A program made the translations under genes and the position numbers. 64,000 bases of DNA. It comes from a virus. The stretch's first letter is position 1; each line of letters begins with the position of its first letter. The DNA is taken from positions 64,001-128,000 of the IMG/VR virus record IMGVR_UViG_3300008952_000006; one strand, 5' to 3'. Shown here one piece after another: positions 1 through 10,038 of this stretch. The notes beneath the pieces are model-generated. The model worked only from the letters and a program-made list of their open reading frames with translations. It was not told the DNA's origin and searched no databases.

Positions 1-514
1 GTCCGCCTCCCAAAGCCGCTCCGCTGACGCGTCCCGCCGCGCCCGACAGATAGGTCATGTACGCGTAGCCTAAGTCTCTTCGCGCTTTCCTGTAGGCCCT
101 CGGGCTAATCCTTCGAAATTTACGTAGAGCTTTTAAGCCATGGTAAGAAGCCAGAAACTCCTCTATAAGCCTCGGGGCCTCACCGGCAGCCTGCAGCCCT
201 GCGGACTGTAGAGCAACCGCCCCCGGTGCCCTTGATTTCCCCACCCCTTTAGCGGCCCCATAAGCTCGGAGCGTGCTCGCCCCGGTCCCATACATTGGGC
301 CCTTACCATACAAGTGCATCCTAAGTTTTCGAACTCCGGGCGAGGAGCCCATCAACGTCTTAGCGTGACCGTATTCGTGAGCCAGGATAGAAGCAGGCGA
401 CTGAGAAGCCACAGCCCTGGTGGTCCTCTCAAGTGAGTGCCCCAGGGCTTGAATTAGTTTTGACTTAGCCGCTTCTTTAGATAGCTCGCCATGGGAGCGA
501 ATCGGCAATGGCAT
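1..514 (-). CDS. YugP/Zn_peptidase_2-like zinc metallopeptidase, 3'-partial (runs off window edge; not in ORF track)
   Basis: Hand translation from ATG at 514: MPLPIRSHGELSKEAAK...ILAHEYGHAK...PRLIEEFLASYHGLKAL...ARRDLGYAYMTYL; HExxH, downstream E-x-x-A-S and TY motifs match the YugP pattern; no stop before position 1. Confidence 0.7.
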   Translation of the reverse strand, partial: MPLPIRSHGELSKEAAKSKLIQALGHSLERTTRAVASQSPASILAHEYGHAKTLMGSSPGVRKLRMHLYGKGPMYGTGASTLRAYGAAKGVGKSRAPGAVALQSAGLQAAGEAPRLIEEFLASYHGLKALRKFRRISPRAYRKARRDLGYAYMTYLSGAAGRVSGAALGGG

Positions 515-526
515 CTCAGGCCTCTC

Positions 527-664
527 TTAATTCCCCTTGAGTTTATCCAAGGCTTGGCTTGCTTTGCCGCTAAGGTAAGCCCAAGTTCTACCGGCCACAT
601 GTAAAGTACCGGCGAAATAGGCAATTGGTGTACAGATAGCTGCTGTCCAGAGAATGGTGTCCAT
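527..664 (-). CDS. Small 45-aa membrane-associated protein (not in ORF track)
   Basis: MDTILWTAAICTPIAYFAGTLHVAGRTWAYLSGKASQALDKLKGN; AGGAG RBS upstream; fills the gap between neighbours. Confidence 0.55.
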   Translation of the reverse strand: MDTILWTAAICTPIAYFAGTLHVAGRTWAYLSGKASQALDKLKGN

Positions 665-672
665 AGGTGCTC

Positions 673-1032
673 CTATTGATTTAGTGGATTGAATTTCTTA
701 ATGATCGACGTAGTTTGTCGATACAGAAGCACATTAAGAATTGCCCCCGACAAACCAATTGAGACGCCCCACGGCCATTCAATAAAAGCTGAACCAGCAG
801 CCGCGCCTATAATTAGTGGTAATATTCTAAACGCAAATTGCCACCAGACAGGATCTGATTCGCTTATTTCCAGATCTGCTCCGATGACTTTGCGAAAAGG
901 TATCTTAAGAACCTGTGTGACGCCGTATGAAATAACGCCACAAAGGAATAAAACAGTTATCAAAGTTGTGTACGAAGGCATAGCACTAAACATGCTAACT
1001 GCCTCCGCAGCTTCAGGAATTGTGCTATCCAT
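673..1032 (-). CDS. Small multi-pass membrane protein, holin-like
   Basis: 119 aa, about three hydrophobic segments, basic C-terminus; start overlaps the tube gene stop. Confidence 0.5.
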   Translation of the reverse strand: MDSTIPEAAEAVSMFSAMPSYTTLITVLFLCGVISYGVTQVLKIPFRKVIGADLEISESDPVWWQFAFRILPLIIGAAAGSAFIEWPWGVSIGLSGAILNVLLYRQTTSIIKKFNPLNQ

Positions 1033-1796
1033 TAGGAACCCGAGGATGTGTCTGTAGCAGAAGAAAAGCCGCCAGTCTCATCAGCGAACACACCATTCAA
1101 AAGAGAAAGTTGTGTCATCTTGATCGGCTGCATTCTCTCATATTGAATACCAACAGACTCTTGAACGATCAGACCTTGCGCGTCAACCGCGATTGAATGC
1201 TGCGGAATATAGCACTGGTCTAGATAGACAGAAGCCACTGTATTCTTCTCATTGTCCTTGAAGATCAACAGCAGGCCCATCGGCTGGCTGAACAAGTCCG
1301 AGGCAAGGTTCAAGAACATATCTCCATACCCAGGCGGAATGCGAACAGCGTGTAGACTATCTTTGTACCCGCCAGTGCCGCCTGTGAACCTAGGCATTGC
1401 TGTGGTGGGCGGGACTGTTCCTGTTAGGGAATCAATTGAGTAGGAGCCAGGGTCTGTGCCGTCAGTGGAGTAGTACGCGTACATTGCTCGCAGCAATGAA
1501 GGGCCATGGTAAACAACACGACCGAGAGACAACTGACCAACGCTTCGTCCGGTAATAAAGTAACTTCTGTCCGAACCAATTTCAAAGATCCGGCTGATAG
1601 CTTTATTCTGGGACAGGGCAATATTCTGAGTCAGGCCGATAGGGAATACCAGCATATTATCAGGGTCAGGGTCAAGGTCTGTGTAGTGCGGGGGACCCGC
1701 ACAGATTAAAATAAACTGCCCGTTAAGGAAGTTCCCTTCGCGCAGACCGCCTTGGACGTGGGATTTGTATGGCGACCAGCCTGTTAAATCGGGCAT
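1032..1796 (-). CDS. Tail tube protein
   Basis: Directly follows the sheath gene; tube-like pattern IGLTQNIALSQNK..RIFEIGS..YFITGR and C-terminal LIVQESVGIQYER. Confidence 0.7.
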   Translation of the reverse strand: MPDLTGWSPYKSHVQGGLREGNFLNGQFILICAGPPHYTDLDPDPDNMLVFPIGLTQNIALSQNKAISRIFEIGSDRSYFITGRSVGQLSLGRVVYHGPSLLRAMYAYYSTDGTDPGSYSIDSLTGTVPPTTAMPRFTGGTGGYKDSLHAVRIPPGYGDMFLNLASDLFSQPMGLLLIFKDNEKNTVASVYLDQCYIPQHSIAVDAQGLIVQESVGIQYERMQPIKMTQLSLLNGVFADETGGFSSATDTSSGS

Positions 1797-1814
1797 TTTC
1801 TAACCTCCGCTCTA

Positions 1815-4800
1815 TTAGATGACGATTGTGATCTTTATTCTATTTGCAGGATAGTAAGGAACAAGCGAGACAGTTGCCAAGATCTCGTCCGGACTATCCG
1901 AGGACTGTGATAAGGCATCCAGGGTAGCTTCCGCAACTACGGACCCTGCCACACGATTAAGTGCTGCCTGAATTGAAAGGCTAATGGTTTCCAGAAGCTG
2001 GATGGTAATATTGTTTCTACCAATATACCGTCGCACCATAGACCGAATCATTTTTGCTGTGTAGTCAACAGCTTTCAGGATTGAAAGCTCTCTAGTCTTA
2101 AGAGAGGAAACATCCGTAGTAAGCTGGTGCCTAGAGACAAGTGGGGCTCCCGGGGAATCTTGAATAACCCAGTAGATGCCCCCAGCCGCAGCCGTTGCCA
2201 TCTGGTTTTCACTAAAGATATCACTAGAACCAGAAGGTCTCGTGTAGCCAACCATAGGCAAATTAGTGAAAGGCTGTGATGGGTTCTGCTGTCCAACCAT
2301 GCCTGCAATGCCTGCACAGAGGTAGTAACCAGGAACCAAGACCTCCAAACCGTCAACCGTTGCGCCAACACTTTCTGGTTGTACCATTACCATTCGACGA
2401 TTCTGGAACCCTGATGGACCGCCAGCAATCTCTGCCAGAGTCTCACAAGCCTTCAGTTTTCCAGCCGTAGTGCTTGTATCCACTGCTGCTTGTCGGACTT
2501 TAATCGTGCACAGTTCTCCGTCAGCCTCAAAAGTTGAGAGGCTGCTCAAAGCTCCAGAGCCGACGTTGTAGTAGCTGTCGTCATTGCCGCCAGTGGCTGG
2601 GCCAAACTCACCAGGAATAAACACATCACTGGTCTCAATTGTAACCGTGTCTGCCGAGGGCGTTCCAACAATCAAATAACGGAAAGCGTCTCCTGCGCGG
2701 TCAATGTAGAGACCGTCTGAGGGGAGGTAGGACATTCCGTTCCCGCCAGCCAGAGAGCTACCGCCAGCGTTTAGCAATCCATTAATGGCCATAGGGATGT
2801 TAAAGGCCGCAGCTGCCGCTTCATCAGCAATGGTAAGCTCAAACTTTCCTCCACCGATGTCAGTAATCATAAAGTCAGCGGAGCCCACCAAGGTAGATGC
2901 CTCCTCAGTCGGAAGCGTTGGACAACAAAGAACCATGCGCTCTTTCTTACCTGCGGGCTCAGACATGGAGCTAACATGGAGATTAAACTTCTTAAACACT
3001 TCCATGTCATGCGTCATTGGGGCCAGGGAGTACACTTCGTGCAACTCGAGGAAATCAAGGGCTGTGGAGTAAGCCTCCAAAGTTCCTTGAGGGGCGTCAG
3101 CAGATACGTCACCCACACCAAGACCAGCCACAGAGATATTAGTGGTGTTCAGGAATGCTTGAAACAAGCCCATCGCCAAGGGGTTGTCAGGGTCGATTGG
3201 GCCGACCAAGTCAATAACCTCTTGGATCCCAGAGAACACCAGAAGTCCCGGGTTCGCGGTATCTGCCGACACGTCTTTTCGTAGCGCTTTAATCTGCGCG
3301 TAGACAGGGGCGGTAGAGTTCGCAATAGCAATCCCTGCGGAGTTTCTGTTCACGTTAGGCTTGATTGAGTAGACCTGCATTAAGTCGCTAAATGCCGCCT
3401 CGGGCTCTGGGCGGATGTTCCCACCCGCGTCATCCCCAGCGCCAGCAATCAAGTTTTCTGCTTGTACATACCAGTCTGTTAGGGATGTTCCCCCGGTAAC
3501 CGCAAATTCGGAAATAACCAACTGCGCCCCAGGAAAGGTTAGAGCGTCTAAAGACCACCCTTCAATCCCGACCACGCGACCTTGCACGGAGCCATTGTTC
3601 CAAACAGTGTCACCGGTCATAACTTGGTTGCTACGGCCATGAAAAACACGACTAGTGTACGTGTCAGGGGATGGACCATAAATAGATGGCCAGACCTTGG
3701 TGTACGTAATTACCATGGGGCTTATCGTGGTTGTCGCAAACGTGGTCGCAAAAGCCCCTGTCGGAACGCCCGAAAGAGAATCCCCTGCGGTGCAGATGCC
3801 CACAGTCCCAGTAGAGTAATCAACAAGGCAGTCGTCAATCCCGCGATTTAACATCGCTCCCAGAGTAGAGCCACCCAGGAAGTACTCAGTCAATGTCCCA
3901 ATAGTGGTTGGTGCGGCCAACGGTACAGGGCATGCCTGAGCGAGTGTTGATGTGCAGCCAGTTACGCGTAGGGAGTTATTAGCACCTTGGTCGTCAATAG
4001 TGATTGAGCAAGGCTCCTCGGAAGCCGTAATACTTAGCGCGGGCAGCCCCATAGCATCTTCCAGATCTTGGTCTGTGCCTCCTGCGTTATTTGCAACAAG
4101 GAGAGATGAATTAGTGGTTGCCAAGCCAGTAGTGAGATCTAGCCTGGAGAAACAAAGCGCACCATCTGCCTCATAAGAGATAACGAGGAAAGCGAGAGCC
4201 CCCGCCTGAATCTGGCTGTTAATCTCTGCTGCTAGGTCTGCCAGGAGCAAGAAGGGTCCGCCGCCGTTACCTGTAGCAAGGTCAAGTGTCAGCGTTTGTG
4301 AGAGGGCCCCCTCAACGGTAATAACCAGAGCGCCACCGTCACTCCAGGTGCCACCACCGTTCTGGGAAGCAATCTGCGCCTCCGTACAAGCAGTCCGAAT
4401 GGTCGGGATAGCTATGCCGTCAAGTGTGCAAGAGAGCGTTCCAGGAACGATACTCAATTGATTACGAGACATGGCAAGCATGTTGTACTCAGCGCCGCCC
4501 TGAATCTCGCAGTACCGTCCTTGTCCAACGCCAGCAAACGCGCCGGGGTTAGCAGCGCTTACGTTTGGAACACTTTCTGTTTCTGTTTTAGAACCAGTGA
4601 GCAGACGTTCGATAACAAGCGAATTCGATGCGCTCAAAGAAATAGTCGAGTCATGTCCGAGGGTAGAAGCTGTATTGATTTGTATTGGGTTACCAAGCTC
4701 GCCAAGAGCATTTGGAATCGTAGTAGGAGCACAAGTCCCCAAAGCGCCTAAGGCATTATCAATAGAGACTGTAACTGGAGTTCCCCCTGCCAAAGTGACC

Positions 4801-6281
4801 TCGATTGGAGCGCCGCCATCGATAGAAATATTGAGAATTTCACCACCGATACCAAGCTGCGTAGCTGTTGAGGCACCAACCTCAGTTGCTCCGCATACCC
4901 AGGCTTGCCGTTCATCGCCACTGGGCGCGCCGGGGTCACCATTAAGTGTGAAGTCAACGGGGTCCGTGCCGCCCGTGAGGTTGAATACAGCAGCTCCCGC
5001 AGCCCATGGGGCCGGGGAATCACCGGGAGCAAATCCTCGACAAGGAGATGCGGCATCTGCGGGATCAAACTGAAGATTGATGGATACTTCTCCATTAATA
5101 GAGGAGATCAGTGCGGGATCCGAAAGGGCAGTCTCTAGCTCAGCAAAAGTTGTTGCGTCAGTCATTTGGATCGTAAGAACGTTGGGAGCCCACGAGGCCA
5201 TAGTGGCTCCGTTAGCAAAAACAACAGTAATAAGATTGCCCGCGAAACCAATGTGGGGGCCGATGTCTGCAGGGTTGCCTGTAGCAGCGTAGGTGGCCAA
5301 ACCATTTGCTGTAACCGTAAGGCTATTAGATCCACCAACATCAGGCCAAGCAACTACAGAGGGGTTCACACCCGTGTATTGCGCGCTAGATGTGTGCGCT
5401 AGAGGGATTACTGCACTCGCGTCAGAACCAAGATTGCAGAGCCTGTTGGTCTTTCCAGCGCCCGTTGAGCGAGCCCAGAGAACACTGCTACCGGCACTGA
5501 CAGCGGGCATGTGTCCGTTAGACACGGGAGCCCCCAACCCAGTGAGGGTGATATTTTTAGTGAACTTGTTCCAGCCACAAGCACTATCGGTGGAAAGCTC
5601 ATAGAGGCTGTTCGCAAAGAATCTATAAAGAGTAATATCTGCACCAGCCCAGACACAATCATCAGCATCTGCCATGGGAGAAGGCAGGCTAGTGTAAGGG
5701 ATATCATAAGCAATATTAGTGTAGTTCGTCTGACCAGCGATATTGAGTCCTTCAAGAGCATTCATTTGGACAATGTCGTCACCCCCTGCGCCGTGGGCGG
5801 AGTTACCCGGAACAGCGTTGGTGGTGAGCACAATGCTTGCGGTAGGACCTTTATTAGTGGTTCTAATGATAAGGCGGCTCGGTTGTGCCACCCCATCCAC
5901 CACACCAGGACTAATTTCAGCAATAGCGCCAGTAAGGCCTGCATTAAGTGTGTTAACAATCAGCGCAAAACTCATATCAAAATCACCACCAACAGCGGCG
6001 GGCATAGTGATAGTTTGCGGATTGCCATTAATCGTGAGGGTAAACTCACGACCACGCAGGGCAAGGGGCTCTGTCAGATCCGCCGTGCTAACAGCACGGG
6101 CAGCTATCGAGACAGAAGCCTGGGGGTTAAGTGCGCCGTCATCATCAATCGGGTTAACGATCTGGAAACAAGCGCCCACGATACAAGGCACCAAGGCTGG
6201 TGTTAAAACGGTTGGCGATTCTGTAACAATTTCCTGGGAAATCTCTACGCCGGGACGTGGAAGCGTTGCCATATTTGTCAC
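1815..6281 (-). CDS. Contractile tail sheath protein with very large internal insertion
   Basis: N-terminal PRPGVEISQE; C-terminal sheath core (PGYYLCAGIAG, PSQPFTN, RHQLTT, RELS, PYYPANRIKITI); position before tube gene. Confidence 0.85.
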   Translation of the reverse strand: MTNMATLPRPGVEISQEIVTESPTVLTPALVPCIVGACFQIVNPIDDDGALNPQASVSIAARAVSTADLTEPLALRGREFTLTINGNPQTITMPAAVGGDFDMSFALIVNTLNAGLTGAIAEISPGVVDGVAQPSRLIIRTTNKGPTASIVLTTNAVPGNSAHGAGGDDIVQMNALEGLNIAGQTNYTNIAYDIPYTSLPSPMADADDCVWAGADITLYRFFANSLYELSTDSACGWNKFTKNITLTGLGAPVSNGHMPAVSAGSSVLWARSTGAGKTNRLCNLGSDASAVIPLAHTSSAQYTGVNPSVVAWPDVGGSNSLTVTANGLATYAATGNPADIGPHIGFAGNLITVVFANGATMASWAPNVLTIQMTDATTFAELETALSDPALISSINGEVSINLQFDPADAASPCRGFAPGDSPAPWAAGAAVFNLTGGTDPVDFTLNGDPGAPSGDERQAWVCGATEVGASTATQLGIGGEILNISIDGGAPIEVTLAGGTPVTVSIDNALGALGTCAPTTIPNALGELGNPIQINTASTLGHDSTISLSASNSLVIERLLTGSKTETESVPNVSAANPGAFAGVGQGRYCEIQGGAEYNMLAMSRNQLSIVPGTLSCTLDGIAIPTIRTACTEAQIASQNGGGTWSDGGALVITVEGALSQTLTLDLATGNGGGPFLLLADLAAEINSQIQAGALAFLVISYEADGALCFSRLDLTTGLATTNSSLLVANNAGGTDQDLEDAMGLPALSITASEEPCSITIDDQGANNSLRVTGCTSTLAQACPVPLAAPTTIGTLTEYFLGGSTLGAMLNRGIDDCLVDYSTGTVGICTAGDSLSGVPTGAFATTFATTTISPMVITYTKVWPSIYGPSPDTYTSRVFHGRSNQVMTGDTVWNNGSVQGRVVGIEGWSLDALTFPGAQLVISEFAVTGGTSLTDWYVQAENLIAGAGDDAGGNIRPEPEAAFSDLMQVYSIKPNVNRNSAGIAIANSTAPVYAQIKALRKDVSADTANPGLLVFSGIQEVIDLVGPIDPDNPLAMGLFQAFLNTTNISVAGLGVGDVSADAPQGTLEAYSTALDFLELHEVYSLAPMTHDMEVFKKFNLHVSSMSEPAGKKERMVLCCPTLPTEEASTLVGSADFMITDIGGGKFELTIADEAAAAAFNIPMAINGLLNAGGSSLAGGNGMSYLPSDGLYIDRAGDAFRYLIVGTPSADTVTIETSDVFIPGEFGPATGGNDDSYYNVGSGALSSLSTFEADGELCTIKVRQAAVDTSTTAGKLKACETLAEIAGGPSGFQNRRMVMVQPESVGATVDGLEVLVPGYYLCAGIAGMVGQQNPSQPFTNLPMVGYTRPSGSSDIFSENQMATAAAGGIYWVIQDSPGAPLVSRHQLTTDVSSLKTRELSILKAVDYTAKMIRSMVRRYIGRNNITIQLLETISLSIQAALNRVAGSVVAEATLDALSQSSDSPDEILATVSLVPYYPANRIKITIVI

Positions 6282-6294
6282 TCCTGTGGGGTCT

Positions 6295-6930
6295 CTATTC
6301 CAAACCCATATGTAGATTAACAGCTCTCATTAGCGAGTAGAAGTCCTTCTCGTCTGCGGTTACCACATCCTGTATGTAGAACGGGATAATTACTTGCACC
6401 ATCTTCCACTCAGGGGAAGATGAACCAGGGACAAGAGCGCCCTGCTGGCTTTCTTGTGTGATGGTTATATTATTACTTATCGCGTGCATTTTTCCTAGCC
6501 GCATAATAGAACTTTTGAACACCGGGATCATCCGAAAGATAAAATACGCGATATTCTGTGCTTCAAGGCCCTCTCTCGCTATTATACTCAATGTCATAGA
6601 TGTACCGATAATATCGGTATAGGTAGTTCTAGGTGATGCCAGATCGTGTTGGATGGACTGCCCCATGGACGTTCCGGCCCATGTAGCTGCGCCTCTAGCG
6701 GTAGCAACGATAGGACGAATGTTCGTCTTTTCAACTTTATCTGGGTTTTGGTCAGTAATAATAATTTCCGTTTCATCCATGCTAGAATCCCAACGATAAT
6801 AACCGCTAGGCCTAGTCCGGAACAACCCCTGTAACCAAATAAGCCAAGCTCGTGTCGCAAGATGCAAACAGTCATCTGGAACACTGAATGGGCTTGGGTC
6901 TGGTAGTAGGGATGGTACGGCGGATGTCAT
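6295..6930 (-). CDS. Putative tail completion/terminator protein
   Basis: 211 aa between neck genes and sheath; assignment mainly from gene order. Confidence 0.45.
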   Translation of the reverse strand: MTSAVPSLLPDPSPFSVPDDCLHLATRAWLIWLQGLFRTRPSGYYRWDSSMDETEIIITDQNPDKVEKTNIRPIVATARGAATWAGTSMGQSIQHDLASPRTTYTDIIGTSMTLSIIAREGLEAQNIAYFIFRMIPVFKSSIMRLGKMHAISNNITITQESQQGALVPGSSSPEWKMVQVIIPFYIQDVVTADEKDFYSLMRAVNLHMGLE

Positions 6931-7847
6931 AATTGCTCTTGCCCTATTAATTGGGGGGCCCCGCTAAAAACATTATCAAGCACATTTGTTAATTTTGCGC
7001 TCTCGAGCGTTTGAGGGTTGGTGTAATTTCGCTCTGGTGAGGCGACCAAGTTCTTGATTTCCTCTTCTGATAAATTAAGCGGTATACGATATTCAATATC
7101 CCCTGTAGGGATTCTGTGCAAAGCAACTTGTTGTCTAATAAGCGCGCGTGATTTTTTTATCTTAGAAATCGTTGAAGCAACGCGCCATCGTACGTTTTCT
7201 GCCTCAATAATTAAATCACCCTCAGAGACCTCGGGATAATTACCAAGTAATAGTGTCGTGTTTTCGCTCTGCACGTCACCAAAATTAGCATGGATAGTTT
7301 GTTCGTTGGGGGAGATAAGCATACCGTGCGTCTGAACAGGGGCGTGGTATCCACCAACCCAGCTAGTATCATGGCAAGTCGGGCAACCAGATCTCATCTT
7401 TCGTTGGGAGACCTCATCCCAGCATACGCCGCAGCGCTGCCCAGACTGGCGTCTTGGGAATACCCAAAGTTTCCTACCAGAGAATTCTTTTAACCTTAGG
7501 TTATTAAGCCTAGCCATTTCCAATGCGGCCAAGTCTGGTAGGGCGGCCAGTTTGACACCGCCGACCTTAGGCCAGATCTCTTGCTCGGAAGACCCACGCT
7601 TCTGAACCCTGATCCGATAGTATATTTTGTTGTAATAATTGAAGTACCCCGTAACCGTTGTATCTCGGACGTGGTACTGATCAACCATTGGGACAGTTAA
7701 GTCAAAGTAAGGCCCAAACTCGTTATCAGATTTCTCCAAAACGAATTCGTAATCGAGCGCGCTCTCAAAGCTTGGTTCTAGATCCCAATAGACATCTAGG
7801 TATCCCAAGTCAAAGCTTCTCACCCGTATGTTTGTAACCTTAATCAA
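6927..7847 (-). CDS. Putative neck/head-closure protein with Fn3-like N-terminus and Cys4 zinc finger
   Basis: N-terminal LDVYW..FVLEKS..YYRIRV; CGVCWD..GCPTCHDT; position downstream of capsid genes. Confidence 0.5.
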   Translation of the reverse strand: MIKVTNIRVRSFDLGYLDVYWDLEPSFESALDYEFVLEKSDNEFGPYFDLTVPMVDQYHVRDTTVTGYFNYYNKIYYRIRVQKRGSSEQEIWPKVGGVKLAALPDLAALEMARLNNLRLKEFSGRKLWVFPRRQSGQRCGVCWDEVSQRKMRSGCPTCHDTSWVGGYHAPVQTHGMLISPNEQTIHANFGDVQSENTTLLLGNYPEVSEGDLIIEAENVRWRVASTISKIKKSRALIRQQVALHRIPTGDIEYRIPLNLSEEEIKNLVASPERNYTNPQTLESAKLTNVLDNVFSGAPQLIGQEQL

Positions 7848-7850
7848 TTC

Positions 7851-9071
7851 TTAAACCATCCTCACGGGCATGGGTTGTGGCTGCTTCGATTTTTTATTAG
7901 CTCTAATTAATCCAAATGCGCCAAGACCGGCTGCGCCTCCACCAAGCATCAACATTTGGTTATGCTTCTTGGCTGCCGCTTTTGATGCCTGGGCCGCACG
8001 TATCGCACCAACGCCGCCTACACCGAGACCCATGAGGTGCTCTGGGTTAGTAAGCCCTAGCCCTTCAAGCCCTTTGTAGATGCTGGAGGGGGATATTTTC
8101 CCGTCTGGGTCACGAATCGCTCTACCAATATCGCCCATAAGTACCGGAACACCGGACACGGCGCTGCCGCCCTTCCTGCCAGCAACCCCGGCCATGTATT
8201 GATCCTGGTGGCCTTTAAGTTTTTTGGTCCACTCCGCAAGCTCAGTGGCGTCTGTGGGTTTTGGGGTCTTCATTTTCGCGAGCGCGTGCTCATAAGCCCT
8301 TTTATTGACAGCGTTCCATTCGGCTCCCTTGGCTGTATTTGATATCTGGGTTTTAAGCTTTTTCCCACTCTCAGCAAGGGTGCGGCCCGTCTCCCGCAAA
8401 TAGGCTCCCGACCCTGGCGCGACAGCCTCTGCAACGCCTGCGACACCCCTGCCCGTAGCTCTCGCCGCCCCGCCTACTCCGCCCTTTGTGAGATTCCAGG
8501 CTTGTCGGAAATAGCTGGGTGTTGCGGGGGTAGCATCCATCATGCCCTTGGTGTACGAGCTTGCGTCGTCTATCCCAGAGCCGACAAACTTTGCTGCCTC
8601 ATCAACAGCACCTTTAGCTTTTGGTGCAGCGTGTCTGCCAAGCCAAGTAAACGGCTTCATGGCAGTTTTCTCCATGCGGAGAGCCTCTATTAGAGCAGCT
8701 TTTTTATCTTCAGGGCTTGCTGTCTTTACTTTTGGAAGTTTCTTATTTTTAGGGATCTTGATCTTTGGGAGGGCGTCTTTCTTAGCCGTTGTGACTGGCA
8801 CCTTCTTTACTTGTAACTTTTTAAGCTTAGCAAGCTGGCCTACGCCACCTTTTGCGCCACCTTTGGGCTTAATGTCAGGCTGTGGCAACGGCTTCAGGGA
8901 AACAGACTTTCCTTGCTGTTGCGAGATGAGTTCTTTTGTTTTATCACGAGCAACTTGCCGTACCTTTAGCTTGGCCCCGGCGGTCTTCAGTCCAGTAAAG
9001 AATTCAGCAGCCGCTTGGTGTTTTTCAGCGGAGTCTGTTTCTTTTTTTGCTAATGCCTCAAAAGGGTCCAT
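7851..9071 (-). CDS. Basic Lys/Gly/Ala-rich virion protein with C-terminal hydrophobic segments (putative internal/ejection protein)
   Basis: Start reassigned to ATG 9071 (MDPFEAL; AGGAG RBS, removes overlap); KTAG, KTAS, EKTAM motifs; C-terminal GGGAAGLGAFGLI. Confidence 0.6.
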   Translation of the reverse strand: MDPFEALAKKETDSAEKHQAAAEFFTGLKTAGAKLKVRQVARDKTKELISQQQGKSVSLKPLPQPDIKPKGGAKGGVGQLAKLKKLQVKKVPVTTAKKDALPKIKIPKNKKLPKVKTASPEDKKAALIEALRMEKTAMKPFTWLGRHAAPKAKGAVDEAAKFVGSGIDDASSYTKGMMDATPATPSYFRQAWNLTKGGVGGAARATGRGVAGVAEAVAPGSGAYLRETGRTLAESGKKLKTQISNTAKGAEWNAVNKRAYEHALAKMKTPKPTDATELAEWTKKLKGHQDQYMAGVAGRKGGSAVSGVPVLMGDIGRAIRDPDGKISPSSIYKGLEGLGLTNPEHLMGLGVGGVGAIRAAQASKAAAKKHNQMLMLGGGAAGLGAFGLIRANKKSKQPQPMPVRMV

Positions 9072-9081
9072 TTGAAAACTC

Positions 9082-9486
9082 CTATGCCCGCCCTGTGGAT
9101 GTTCTTTGTACATGGCCAAACAGGACAAAGGAAATATTTACAACTAAGCTCCCGCCGCCACCAGCGGTCACAGTAAGCTCTAAATCGCGCCCAAGCGGAA
9201 CACCCAGGTCAATAATATTTGTTACACCCTTGGCTGGCTTAAGCGCTCCCGGCATTTGGCCTTCCCACCTAGCTAGAGGCGCTGGCCCCACCGCTGCTCC
9301 AGCGGTCGTGGCCCCAGGGACCGAGCCTTTTAAAATGTACGAGGTCGGGGTAGTGTTTGCGTGATCAGGAAGCGTCAAGCCTAATTTTATGTACTTACCA
9401 CTACCTGGAATAACAAAAGTTTCAGATTGCCCAGCAGCGACGTCTACTTCGATTGTTCCATAAATTGGGTCTCTAGCTTGTGCCAT
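9082..9486 (-). CDS. Hypothetical virion protein, beta-rich
   Basis: 134 aa, AGGAG RBS, co-oriented in the structural operon. Confidence 0.6.
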   Translation of the reverse strand: MAQARDPIYGTIEVDVAAGQSETFVIPGSGKYIKLGLTLPDHANTTPTSYILKGSVPGATTAGAAVGPAPLARWEGQMPGALKPAKGVTNIIDLGVPLGRDLELTVTAGGGGSLVVNISFVLFGHVQRTSTGRA

Positions 9487-9495
9487 ACTTGTCTC

Positions 9496-10038
9496 CTACG
9501 CGTCCAAGTCTGAAAAGTAACCGTTAATAAACGCGTACTCAGAGGGGACTGCTGAACCATTTAATGCGTTCCCAAGATTGATCGCTTGCTTCAAACGAAA
9601 CTTCTTCTGCTCGTAATTCTGGGTGAACAGGTTCATCCAATTCATAAGTTGCGGTGCTTTATCGGACACACTCACCTGGATGCCCTGCCCGTCAGAATAA
9701 GACATGTGGTTCCGCGTCTGTAACAGCCCTACAGAAGTAAGGATGTGTATTATCGAACCGTTTATTAGTAGTGATACTGACGGAAAGCTTTCCAAGGTGA
9801 ACTGTCCCAGCAAAGGCGGAGTCATATTGAAGTCGTCTATACACTCCATTATCGCAAATGCGATCTCCCTGTCGGAGGTCTCTCGGCCAGCAATCAGTCT
9901 ATTAAGTTCTGGGTAGTCGCGGAGCTTGGCGCGAATCAACGCAATGAGGTTGACTAGTTTTTTTGGCAGCGCCTTAGAAACGGATACCGCTGGACCCACC
10001 GCATTGCTATTCGGATTTTGGGGGTCGTTCGGCATCAC
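9496..10038 (-). CDS. Putative head-tail adaptor (neck 1)
   Basis: 180 aa helical pattern (IRAKLRDYPELN..DDFN..PP..YSDG..SVS..K); position after the capsid gene. Confidence 0.5.
   Translation of the reverse strand: MMPNDPQNPNSNAVGPAVSVSKALPKKLVNLIALIRAKLRDYPELNRLIAGRETSDREIAFAIMECIDDFNMTPPLLGQFTLESFPSVSLLINGSIIHILTSVGLLQTRNHMSYSDGQGIQVSVSDKAPQLMNWMNLFTQNYEQKKFRLKQAINLGNALNGSAVPSEYAFINGYFSDLDA

Noticed and set aside
1032-6281. Tailocin or extracellular contractile injection system
   Set aside because: Capsid, portal, protease, terminase and a full replication module are present, so this is a phage
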